This document shows positions 22,420 through 34,400 of a stretch of 64,000 nt of DNA, one piece after another; position 1 is the first letter of the stretch; each line of letters begins with the position of its first letter. This stretch comes from Schmidtea polychroa (Eukaryota). Both the position numbers and the translations under genes were made by a program. The DNA lies in contig CM097885.1 in assembly GCA_044892525.1 (NCBI GenBank), positions 139,500,001 through 139,564,000 on the forward strand, written 5' to 3'. The notes below the pieces were generated by a model. That model did not search any database. It was not told the DNA's origin and was given only the letters and a program-made list of their open reading frames with translations.

Positions 22420-23808
22420 TTACTCCGTTCTACCCTTCTCCTCTTTCCTCACGGTCATCTTGATATACACCGTGTCATTTCTTGCCATATCTTCTACTTT
22501 TTGTTGTAGGATGAACGTAGGTGCTCCTGTTGCTGATCCTTCTTCTGCCGTAGGTCTCTGGTAACACATTTGGTTTCCAGTTGTCTTGAAGCTTTGTTCG
22601 TGGATGCTTCGGTCATTCATTAGTGCAATATCGATTTTTGCCTGGAACGGCCACTCTATTATTTCGTCGTATTCCCCTTTACATAACAGAAAGAAAATCG
22701 AAAAGTGCGTATCTAATCCGGTTCCGTCCCCGTTGGGATATATCTTCATTTTCATTTTGTACCCATTTTTCCAAGAATGGAATGCAGGACTTGTTATTCT
22801 TGTCTCTTCTCCGGTTTTTGCTTTTCGTATTCTTTCTTTTACTCCCGTTATTTTCCATATGTAGGGTGCTGTTGGGGTTATCTCATTTAGATTTATTTCC
22901 CGTATTTTCTGATGTAGCTCCTTGGCCTGATTATTACTGATTTCTATTCGGTTTATTTGCATCTTTATGTTTGCTCGGGCTTCTTCGAACGCTTCCCTTT
23001 CTTCTAGTAGTTCTTTGACTAACACTTTCAACGATGTTATCTCTATCTCCATTTGTTTTACTTTCTCTTCGCTTTCTTGTAACGCAGTCGACCACATTTC
23101 TGCGTGGGTTGAAGCATTTTCTACTAAATGATGTGGTAACTCACCTCGGTGTAGTAGTTTCTGACAACCCCATCTACCTAGTACACATGTCATTCTTTTC
23201 TTTTCGCATTCCCTTAGATGCTGTGCCACCTTCATTATTTCCCCTTGGTTACATCCGTTTGGGCATTCCCCACTGAACTCTGCACATACTCTCTCCTCTT
23301 GGACATTGTGATGTTTGAGGGTGAGATTTTTCCACGTATCTATTTCTCCACAGTGTTCACATCTTTCCAATCTCTCTTCACACTGCCTTTGATGCTCTTT
23401 TTCTTCGCTTGCTCGAATGGTTTTATGGCACCTTTCACACTGGCCAATTCTGTACATACATTCTCCCATATGTTGTACTACCTTCCATATTACTCCTTTC
23501 CATTCGCATGGGGCATTTTTACATCCCAGGTTGGTGTTTAACATGTCTTTCACTGCGGCTTTATCCTCGTTAGTGTCTTCTAAACTCGATATTAGTGTCT
23601 CTTTACACACCGGGCACCTCTGTGGTCTATTCTTTATTGCTTCACTGATACATTCTTTACATACTCTGCATCCACATTGAGTTTGGTGAGGTTCCTTTAA
23701 CAACTTTTCACATATTCCGCACATAACATGTTTGTGTATTCTGATCGTTGTAGATTTTCGGACTTGCTCGACAATCTCTCTGAACTCTTCTCTTTGTCGT
23801 TTATCCAT
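22420..23808 (-). CDS. TRAF: TNF receptor-associated factor homolog (RING, TRAF zinc fingers, coiled coil, MATH/TRAF-C), intronless
   Basis: RING CGIC...CGCRVCKEC...CPVC; zinc fingers CKNAPCEW...HMGEC; MATH YIWKI...SPAFHSWKNGYKMKMKIYPNGDGTGLDTHFSIFFLLCKGEYDEIIEWPF. Confidence 0.93.
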   Translation of the reverse strand: MDKRQREEFREIVEQVRKSTTIRIHKHVMCGICEKLLKEPHQTQCGCRVCKECISEAIKNRPQRCPVCKETLISSLEDTNEDKAAVKDMLNTNLGCKNAPCEWKGVIWKVVQHMGECMYRIGQCERCHKTIRASEEKEHQRQCEERLERCEHCGEIDTWKNLTLKHHNVQEERVCAEFSGECPNGCNQGEIMKVAQHLRECEKKRMTCVLGRWGCQKLLHRGELPHHLVENASTHAEMWSTALQESEEKVKQMEIEITSLKVLVKELLEEREAFEEARANIKMQINRIEISNNQAKELHQKIREINLNEITPTAPYIWKITGVKERIRKAKTGEETRITSPAFHSWKNGYKMKMKIYPNGDGTGLDTHFSIFFLLCKGEYDEIIEWPFQAKIDIALMNDRSIHEQSFKTTGNQMCYQRPTAEEGSATGAPTFILQQKVEDMARNDTVYIKMTVRKEEKGRTE

Positions 23809-23893
23809 TCTATAATTATATGTACAAATAGCTCTTATCGATACAGGTTCGATATTTTATTTACAATTATTTACATTTTAAGCTAGGTTTGGT

Positions 23894-24253
23894 TTAGGGT
23901 TCGGAAGAGTCGGCTTCGTGTCCGCTCTCCTCTCTATTCATTAACCATTCCGACCAGTCTTCTATTTCTGTCTGTTCTGCTTCCTCCATCATTCTGTTTA
24001 GTTCAATTTCCTGTCTACGGCTATATTGGGTTATCCTCTCTATCTCTCTTTGCATTTGTTCGATTTTCAACCTCTGGTCTTCAATTATCTTCAAATAACT
24101 AAATCCTCTATTCATACTCTCGATTAGGTTTCTGTGCATCGTCAATCCTTGTTCTTGCAAATTGGACACTAATTGTGCTAATACGGCACATTGTTGCTTC
24201 CATAATTCTTCAGTTACTGTATTGTGGTTCATTTCGTTACTTCCTTGATCCAT
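23894..24253 (-). CDS. Accessory small coiled-coil protein, 119 aa
   Basis: Intact ATG ORF between the polyprotein stop and TRAF, with an acidic C-terminus. Confidence 0.65.
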   Translation of the reverse strand: MDQGSNEMNHNTVTEELWKQQCAVLAQLVSNLQEQGLTMHRNLIESMNRGFSYLKIIEDQRLKIEQMQREIERITQYSRRQEIELNRMMEEAEQTEIEDWSEWLMNREESGHEADSSEP

Positions 24254-24412
24254 TCTTAATTATATACACTTTTCAACTCTTATTTAAAATTAATTTTATT
24301 TTATGGTTCCCGTTATTGTATAATATTAATACCGCGCTTATATAAAGATATCGTGCTGTTATATACATAAGATATACTTACTTTTTACAATTATATACAG
24401 TCATATTCCTTT

Positions 24413-25414
24413 CTATATACGTGAGTTTGGAGGGCGCTGAGCGTTCCAGGCCTCCACCCACTGTTCTTGTTTGATATCACTTGGTCGTTTCACTCGATGT
24501 TGGAAATTTCTGATTCGGGTCATCTCTAGTTCTCCGCGATGTCGTTTATCTTTAATTATTTTTATTGTTCCCCCTGTTATGATTAGGAAGGCCCCTGTTA
24601 TTATTATCCCACTGATCCACATCATCTGCTTCACGCTTATATTCTCTGGTTTCTCCTTGTTCGTTAATGTTGATATCGCTTCTGTACCTTTCTCGTTTCC
24701 TCTTTTGCCATTTCCTTTCATCATTTCCCGTATTCTTGCTATTTCCTCGTTCATACCCTCCTTTGCCATCTTTTGTATTTTTTCCATCTCTTCCTCCGAA
24801 ACATAGTTGTCCTGAGCTTCCTCACCGGTTTTCTTGTGCTTTCCGCCTTCGTCCTTTTCGTCGTTGTTTTTCCTTTTCTTCCCTCTTTTCCCCGGGTATC
24901 GTCGACATTCCCTTTTTGATTCGTTCCTCCAGATACAAACCGTGTATTCTTTCGGCGGCTGCTGCTGCGTCACATATTGATGGCATCTCTCACCTGGTCC
25001 TAATCTTGAAATACAGACTTTGTGCTCTCTTCTAGGTTGGAGCTGCGTTATTACTACTTCACCACCTTTTCCTAGGTGTACCTCTTTTCCTTTAACGTTC
25101 GTTATTCTCTTCCCGTCCCGATTTCGGTATGCTTCTTGTATTCTTACTTCTGTTATTGGTTCTGTGTCCTCATTTATCAGTACTAGTTTCTGATACGCTC
25201 TAGACATGCATCTTCCTAGTATGCACCTTTCCTTTAAGTCCCATTCTTCCTTTAAATCCCACTGCTGCTCTTGTGCTTGCTTTTTCTTTTCTTGTTTTAG
25301 TTCATCCTCTTTGCTATCTTGATTCTCCGCTTCTTTGGTTTCTTTTATCGTTCTCGTCCCTCCATGAGCTGTTACTAACTCTATCATGGTAAGCATAATT
25401 ATCATTAATATCAT
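24413..25414 (-). other. C-terminal polyprotein module: signal peptide, FN3-like ectodomain, TM, short tail
   Basis: Signal-like MILMIIMLTMIELVTA; VVITQLQPRREHKVCIS resembles FN3 strands E-F; TM MMWISGIIITGAFLIITGGTI. Confidence 0.55.
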
Positions 25415-28400
25415 ATTTGTCTCTATTTCTTTGTTAGTGAAAGGTAGGCATACCCTCTGTTTTCCATTATTCGGTTTTTCCTCCTCTTTGGTCTTGGTTC
25501 CCGGGCTGTTTCCCTCTCTTTTCGTATCCAAATCCTTGTTTTCCGGTTTATCCTCTTCCGGTTCTCTTTTCCCTTTATCCTCTTTTCGGCCTTTTCCGTC
25601 ATTGTCATCGTGTTTATCTCCCCCGCTGTCGTTTAAAATGTCGTCCCCGACATTTATATCGTTCAATAATCTGCGATATCCTGTTAGCACTCTGTTTCTT
25701 GCTAATTTTGCTTCGAATTCAAACTCTTTTCTACCCGTTGCAGCATGTCTCTTTCTATTCCATTCTTTAACTAACTCTCTCAATTGCATACGACGATGTT
25801 TCCCAATTCGTTGTTGCTCGTTCTGATTTTTCGTGAATTTTAGGTCTTCTCTATTTAATACTATTAAAATAATTTTAGGCGTCCCCCCCTTAGTTAGGGT
25901 ATTCTTTACCATCGCATTTTCTCCGTTTTCGTAGAATTCGTTTACATTTATCGCATATTTATTATTTTGTGGTACTCTCCAGGTTAATAATAATTTCATT
26001 GCTTCTAGATTTTTCCGTACCGTATTCCATTGAAACTGAGATGTGTTTTTGCACATATTTTCAACTTCTTCTTTTGTCGCATTTTTGAAAATAAATCTGA
26101 TCATTTCTAAGTTTGGCTGTATGGTTGCCCAGTCCAATGTGGAGTTCCCTTCGTTTGATTTTTCGTCTAGTCTCGATCCTGATTGATGTAGGATGTGGAG
26201 TGTTTTTGGGTGTATTTTCGTTATAGCTGCATACATCATGGCGGTTTCACCTTGTTCATTTTTCGTGTTGGTTTCCTCGCCCATCTCCCCAAGGATTCTC
26301 ATGATCGTTATTGCTCTATTCTCTTTTGCAGCTAGTATTGCTTGTTGTAGAGGTGTTCTGGAATCCTTTGTTGCCATCGTAAATGCTCGAGGCAAGAAGG
26401 TTTTGATTTTCCCGATATCTAAACCCGTGGTTTGATCTCTTGCGTATGTGTGTACGGCTTTTATTATTTTTGACAATATTATTTCGTCTGATAGCTCTAG
26501 CATTTCCTCGAAGAATACTTCTTTTGCTTTGCGTATTATTGCCTCTTGATCTAGACTCATTGGTTTTGTTTCGATGACGTGGTTTGTGACCGTTTGGTTC
26601 GTTGTTGACTTTGATTCCCTCGGTTTCTCATACCTTATTTTCGTTTTCTTTCCGTTTAGATTATTGATTCGTTCCTCTGCTGTGAGTATTTGGATAATAT
26701 CCAGGTAATTCTCGCGGATGTTATTCATTGTGTCCATCATATATAACACACTTACCGTTTCCCAATATTTATTTCGTACCTGAGTAATGAATTGAAATAT
26801 TGATCTTTCGAATGTGTCGATTCGCTTTTTTAATAACTGCTCCTCTTTATGATTTGTGAATTTTATCCCTCGTTCTAGTAATTGATTCGGAATTTCGAAT
26901 AAATGATGTCCTTTCATAGCTTCTCTCATCAGCGTGTTCTCTCCTCTCGTGAACGCTTCGTTTACGTTGATCATATAATCGTTTTGAATTGGATTTCTCC
27001 ATGTAATTAATATTCCGGTAATTGTCGTCAATTTTTCTTTGATCGCTGTTAACAATCCATCATACATGTTTCCGACTTCTCGATTGTCCTCATATGATAG
27101 TAGTTCCATCAATGACGTGAACGCCTCGGTACTTCTCCCTTCGATAGCATGATGTAGAGCGTTTTTCCGCTCGTGGTCTTGTGTAGTTATTTTCGATCCA
27201 GTATCAAGTAATGCGGTTATAATGTCTTTGGTTTTGCCTCTGTTTGCTGCTATCATTAATGGTGTGTAACCTTGGTTGTTTGTTTGTTCTGTTGATCGCT
27301 TGCAGTCGTGAAATGCTTCTATTGTTTCTAGTATTTGCTCGTTGTTACCTACTTTCATGAGTTTGTGTAATGGTGTGTCTCCGTAATGATCTGTTATTGT
27401 AAATAATATTGGCCATTGGCTTTTGACTACTCGCAATAATGGGTGTGTCCTTTCTCTATTTGCATAGTTCTCGATCATCGTCAATAATCCTCCTAATATT
27501 TCGAAATCTAATCGATCTTTTGCCCATCCAGGTATTTTAATTTTTACCTCTTTTACAATCTTTTCCGCTTCTGATGGTTGGATACCCAATCGTCCAGTGA
27601 TCGGTTCTGCGAGTTGTTGCATCATGTTCATTCTGTAGGTTTGCGAACGTGTGGTTAATGTACGGCCTTCTGGTTGACTAGTGGCTGTTTTTGGAATTGA
27701 TTTGCATCGTGCCACGTTTACGTATATTGGCCTGGTAAATGGGTTATTTACCAATTTCACTCTTACATTGGTTTCGCCTACGAATAAGATCTCATATGGT
27801 CCTTTTCCGTTGCGTTGTAACTTTTTTGTGGTTCCTGGAATTAATTCCGGGGTTTCTATCATTACCCAATCACCTGTTTGAAACGTATGTTGCTTCACGT
27901 TTTTCTTTCGATCGTGTAAATCTTTATAACTTTCCTGGTAGAACTTGATATTTAATCCCGCAGTTTCCCAAATTTCTTGCATTCTTTCCTTGAATTTCGT
28001 AACATAATCATCGATCTCCATATACTGCGATATCGGTGGTTGGTATTCCAGGTCCATTGGCATATTACACTCTCTTCCGTACATTAATTTGAATGGGCTC
28101 ATTTTCGTTGATGCGTGAATCGACATTCTGTATGCCATAAGACATAGGTTTATATATTCGTCCCAATCTCGTTGGTGACGGTCGACGTAGTTTGATAACA
28201 TTTGTATAAGTGTTCCATTAAATCTTTCCGTCATCCCATTGGTTTGAGGGTGGTATGGAGATGTTCTTAGTTTTGCTATTTTGAAGTAATTTGTTACTTC
28301 GCTCATTATCTCACTCATAAAATTAGTTCCCTGATCGGTTAATATCTGTTTTGGTGTTCCATATCGGCAACATATCTCTTCTACCAAAATTTTTGCGATT

Positions 28401-31400
28401 GTTTTAGCTTTTTGGTCTGGCATCGCGAATGCTTCTGGGAATTTCGTAAGAAAGTCTGTGATCACTAGAATGTAAACGTTTCCTTTATCTGACTCTGGTA
28501 GTGGACCAACTACGTCCATGGATATCATTGTCATTGGTTCTATTGGTACTGGCATTGGCGTTAAAGGTGCTTTCCATTTCGATCCCGTATTCTTCCTGGT
28601 TGCACAAGTTAGACAATTTTTTACCCATTCGGTTACATCTTCAGTTAACGTAGGCCAAAAATATTTCTGTTTCATTCTTGCTAACGTCTTTTTCGATGAC
28701 ATATGTCCTCCCAATCTCCCATCGTGATATTGCGTTAGTAACTCTTTTCGTCGGTTTTCCGGTATACACATTAATCGTTTTTCCCCATCCATTATCAGCA
28801 ACCAATCTTTCTCTATAATATATCGGTGTCGGTGTTTATCCATATGTTCTTTTAATTTTTGGTCTTTCGCATATACATCTGTCTTTCCGGTTTTTACATA
28901 ATCGATAATTTGTTTTAATTCCGCGTCCTCTTGTTGGTCCTTTCGCAATTGACAGAAATCCAAATCTTCCGCTACTATTAAGCATATGCGTTGCATTTCT
29001 GAATCCACCAAATCTGGGAAAATAAATCTTGACATACAATCGGCGTTGGCATTTGCTCTTCCCGCTTTGAATTTTATAAATGGGGAGTATTCTTGCAATT
29101 GCATGGCCCATCTCATCAGTCTACTGGACGCTTCTTTATGTTGCCCTAACCACACTAATGGTTGATGATCGGTGGTTATGCATATCTCATGTCCCCATAG
29201 TAAATATCGGAAGTGTTTGATAGCTTGTATTATAGCCAATGCTTCTCGTTCTGTTACTGAATAGTTCTTTTCGTGCTTTTTGAATGTTCGACTGTAATAC
29301 CCGATTACTCTCTCTTTTCCTTCATCGTCTAATTGTCCCAGAATCGCGCCTGCCGCGTACCCGCTTGCATCCGTTGCCAATAGAAATGGCTTCTTAAAAT
29401 CTGGGTGTACTAGGATAGGTGCTTCGATTAGTTTATCTCTCAGCGTTTCGAACGCCTGTTGTTGTTCTTTTTCCCAAATGAACGAAATATCCTTCTTTAC
29501 TTATTCCTGGATTGGTTTTGCAATTCCTGCATAATTTTTGATAAATTTGCGATAGTATCCGCATAATCCTAGAAATTCCTGAACTTGGGTGACAGTTTTC
29601 GGTGCTGGACATGTTTTTATTTTCTCAATGTTTCTTGGATCTGGCTCCTTTCCTTTAGCTGACACTATGTGTCCCAAAAACGTGACTTTTTCCTTTGCCC
29701 AATCGCATTTTGATGGTTTGAGTTTGAGTTTCCACTGTCTTAATCTAATAAATACGTTTCGGATATCTTCCAGATGTTGTTCAAATGTCGCTGAATAGAT
29801 TAGTAAATCATCAATATATACCATACATTGTTTGATTCCATGGGTGACAAAATTCATACACCGTTGAAATGATGCTGGTGCATTGGTCAGTCCGAATGGC
29901 ATTTTCCTGAATTGATATAGATCTCGTCCCAACGTGAAAGCTGTTTTCTCTTTGTCCTCATCTTTGACTTTAATCTGCCAGTATCCACTTTTTAGATCTA
30001 AAGAAGTAAAATATGCTGCCCCTTGCAACATCAATAACATCTCATTGATGTCCGGCAATGGATAGGTATCTCTCTTGGTTACTGCGTTTAACTTCCGATA
30101 ATCGATACAGAATCGTTGGGTGCCATCTTTCTTTTTTACCATGACCACTGGGAATTGCCAGGGTGAGCAACTTGGTTCGATTACTTTTGCGTCTAGTATC
30201 TTTTGTACTTCTGTTTCGGCTATTTCTTTCTGCATTTCTGCTAGCTTGTATGGTCTCAATGCAATTGGGGTTTCGTCTATGAGTGGTATTGCATGTAAGG
30301 TAACATCACATGTACCCAAGTCTAAATCTGAGATGGCGAATATATCTTTATATTCTACCAACAATCGGTGCAATTTTTTCTTTTCATCATTCGTCAACAA
30401 CATACTATCTATTGTCCATAATTCATCATCTTTGATCATCTCGTTGGTCACTTTCGGTAATTCTATGTCCATCATTGGGGTCAATCTTCCCAATTTTTCG
30501 TTCTCATAAATGATTTTGTCTTCCTCTTCGAAATTCGTGATGTTGAGCGGTATCACTCCTTCTTGGTTTATTGTGATTATTTCCCTTGCGAGTGGTAACT
30601 CTCGTCGCTTTTCAAATGACTTGCTTGGTTCAAAGATAACTTCTCCTTCCATACCCGTATCCACTTTTATCTGACAAATCATCTGCGATTTTGCTGGTAC
30701 TATTATTTTTTCTGGACATCTGATGACTGCATTCATTTTGCATATTCTACCGGTTTTGTCTTTTAAACACATGGTTGTTAAGTCAATTACGACTTCTTTT
30801 AACAATTCTGGCATCAAATCCGTTCCGATTATGCATGGTACGCTAAGGTTTGGTATTACTGCCAAATACGTTTCGATTTCGTTGTCCTGGTATCTCAAAG
30901 TAGTCCACCATCTTCCGACCACGTCCACTGTTTCTTTACTACATGCTATGATGTGAATTGTTGTTGATTCGATATCTTTCCAGTGTTTACTGGGGATTTG
31001 ATTAATCGCTATCGCTGATACATTAGCTCCGGTGTCTATCATAGCATTGGTTTCTTTACCATTGATTTGAATCATAACTGTTACTGCTGGACCTCCAGGT
31101 AGACTCATCGCTGCTATTGTTCTTACGTCATCTGCTTGATCTACACTTTTGGTACGTCGTGTTGGCATATAATGCATACCGGGTTGACTCGGTAATTGCG
31201 GATACATATTTTGTGTCATGGTCAAAGCTGCTTGTGGTCCCACGATATCCGGTGGTATGTAGCTTCCATTGGCGATCCAGGTATTTGTCTTTTCCTTTTC
31301 CCAATATGGTGCCGTTTCCATTGGTTTTTCGTTTGGGTTTCTGTTTGGATATAAACATTTGTCGTTCCCGTTAGCATCGTCGTCACTATCGCTGTTAGAT

Positions 31401-34400
31401 GATTGGCTTCTAAATCTGTCCAAAAATTTTTGCTTATTCTTTTTCAATTGTCGTCTTGTTGCTTCGTCGTACATTACTTTCCGGAATCGTCTGCCTACTT
31501 CCTCGTCGGTTCCTTTAATCTTTGTTAGTATTTTAATCAATCGCTTTATCCGATGAATGTCTTTTGAGTGACCATGTAATACCATGGTTTTAGCTAAAAA
31601 TGGTAGAAAGCCTACTATCATTTTCCAATTTACTTTCTTTTCTCGCTTGTATATATCAAAACACGCTAACATTTGTGTTAGTATTACCCTGACTATCTGA
31701 ATTATGAGTATGATCCCTAATATCCCGGCCATCATTTGTCCAAAAACTAAGAATCTTCCCCACATTGCTTTCATCATGTTTGACGTGGCTTGTTGAAAGT
31801 GGTCTGGCGATAGTAGCAGTTCGTAATTCGGGCCTGATTGATAATTTGTTCCCCCCGTTATTGTAACCATATTTGACAAAATGGATTCTCGTCTGGCTGG
31901 GAAGAGTACGTTAAGTCGTGCTGTTTCTAGATCTTCTGGGGAATACATACCACCGTTTGACACGTCTATAGGTTTGAAATCTAGCTCTGTGGCGAGTTCT
32001 ATTAATCCAAATTTCTTGGGCTCCTCGGATATGGTTTTTCCCGGTAACATCATCCATTTTCCATCGGGCCTTTCATACAAAGGTCCGTATGCATTAGAAC
32101 AGTTAAAGAGATTTGGGTAGAAACCCACTGGATTCATAATTCTAGTGACTGGTTGGACGAATCGATTTTGTCCTTTATAACGGATTTCTAATTCATTTGC
32201 ACATCTCTTTTCGGGTAGTATAGATTTTTCTGGCATTCGTGCATACGTCTTGGTACACTGGTATGTGTACATTACTTCTCCTACCATTCTACCAAAATGT
32301 CCATCCGGTAATGGGAGTGATGGCATCGTGTTATCTGGGTGCGTTATCGCAATAGCTAGCTTTGTTTTCAATATTTCTTTATTCAATGAACAATCGTTTT
32401 GTATCAGATCGTAATATACTTTTTGCAAGGTCGTTTGTCCGCGATGAAATAGAAAATCCATTTTATTATTTGCATATAAGTATAGTTTTACGTCCTCCGT
32501 TGCTATCTTTCCCACTGCTCTATCGATTATTTGTCTCGACATATAGATGCCTGCGTAATTGGTTTTATATACTATACTGTCACATTTGGTGGTTTCTTTC
32601 TCTTTGATAAATCTCATACCTAGATCTGGATCGTCTGTGATTAATGCTGTTGGTGTCTTCTGCGTTGAAAGTCTCTTTTCTCTGGGAGATGGTGGCATTG
32701 GTTTTCCATTTCGCATTCTCACTCTGTCGTTTCCATCCTCGTCGTTCTCGTTCTCATATATTTCTCCTTTTACTTCATTGAACAAAGCACTTTTTAACAG
32801 TTGGAGTCGGCATTTTTGGGTATTAGCTTCATAGATTATAGTTGATACTCCTGTCCTACATACGTTTTCTGTAGCTCTACACGCTGGGTTGGTCTTCATT
32901 TGGTAATTATTTGCGTCAAATTGCGCTTCGTATTCCTTTAGTTCAACCGTATAGGACTCAATCACTACTACCCCCGATATTACTTCGCCTCGGATCGTAT
33001 ACGTACCTCCGTTACATGACCCATCTGATGATTTTACTTTTCCGGATACGTAAACGCTTTCGGTTTTAATCATTCCAGTTTGTCCGTGAATCGTCACTCC
33101 GTTATGCATTTTTAGCGCTCCGGTTCTAAATAGCTATTTACAGTCCTCTCGTTGTATTGATACGATTTCTTTATCCAGACCAGGTAGTATAAGAGTCGAA
33201 TACGAATATTGTCCACAGTAATATGCGAGTACCTTTTTTGATACTACGCATTCCCTTGCTTGCGTTCTGATGAAATCTGATTCTTGATATACATGGTAAG
33301 TAACTTTTGTTCTTACTATGTCTAATTTGTTGGGTGATGCTTGTCTGCATTCTTCTATGTCTCTCAATGAGTATTTATCTCTCATTATCATATTATCACA
33401 ATCGTAGATGGTAAAACCCGTTGCTCCACTGGTGCACAACATCCATATCATCATAGTCATCATTAACGAATTTATTGATGCTTTTCTGCTTGCGGGATCT
33501 TTCATCGGTAGTTCCCATTCTAGTTCATTTAACAGTTTTTTCAATCTAACTTGCATCGACCTTTCTTGCTCATTTTTTCGTGGCGCTTGTATCAGTCTTT
33601 TCCATCCTCCGGCACGAATAATATGTGATTCAATAGTATTCTCTATGATTGAAACGGTCATTTCCACATGATTTGCAAACTGTTTATTTGGTATTTTCCT
33701 CGCGGCTAGTCCCATCAAATTATACATCAAATACGTGATTACCACTAGGTGATGTTCGTCGTCATTTGCGTTCGTCGTGAGCTGTTCAATCACTCTCTTT
33801 GTTTCATCCCAGTCCGTTTTGGTGGTTTTCGTTTTCTCTTTGATTAACTTTGGGATTATCCCCGAAACGATGTGCCATAATTGTCTAGCTTCCGTACTGG
33901 CTACTTTCCGTTGCCACAAACGTCTAAGTTGTGGGTTTGTTATTATTAACATATCTTTTATCAATTCTCGTATCCATTTTTCTCCTCTTTCGATCGTTGG
34001 TTGGGCTTCCTTTAGATCCCATACTATTTTATCCAATTTTTCTAATCGAACTTGCCCTTGTTCTTGCTTTAATTGTTCTTTGGTTTTGAACTCAGACTTT
34101 TCTCCTTGTTTCTTAGGTCTTCCTTTTGCCCGTTTTTCCATCATCGTTCCGGCTTCTCTGGTATTTTCGTAATTCGGATTTCTTTCGTTATCCGTTCTGG
34201 GTAATGAGCTATCGTTATTTCTTAGCCACTCATTCCATTCGTCTATTATTTTATCGGTTTGACCTTCTGGTGTTACTTTCGTTGGTTCTCTTTGCTTCTG
34301 GAATTGTTCATCCGTTTCGGTTTCCGTAGTATTGTCGATGATTTCTTTGATGTTCAGTTTCGTTGGTTGTTGATAACTCGTTGATGGCTGGTTATTAGTC

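Noticed and set aside
19875-23680. Plus-strand ORFs opposite the accessory genes
   Set aside because: Same shadow effect. They are Phe/Ser/Leu-rich complements of Glu/Lys-rich coding sequence.
23894-23930. beta-TrCP-degron-like ESGHEA (and DSDEGY in the 351-aa ORF)
   Set aside because: They do not fit DSGxxS and are too short to support.
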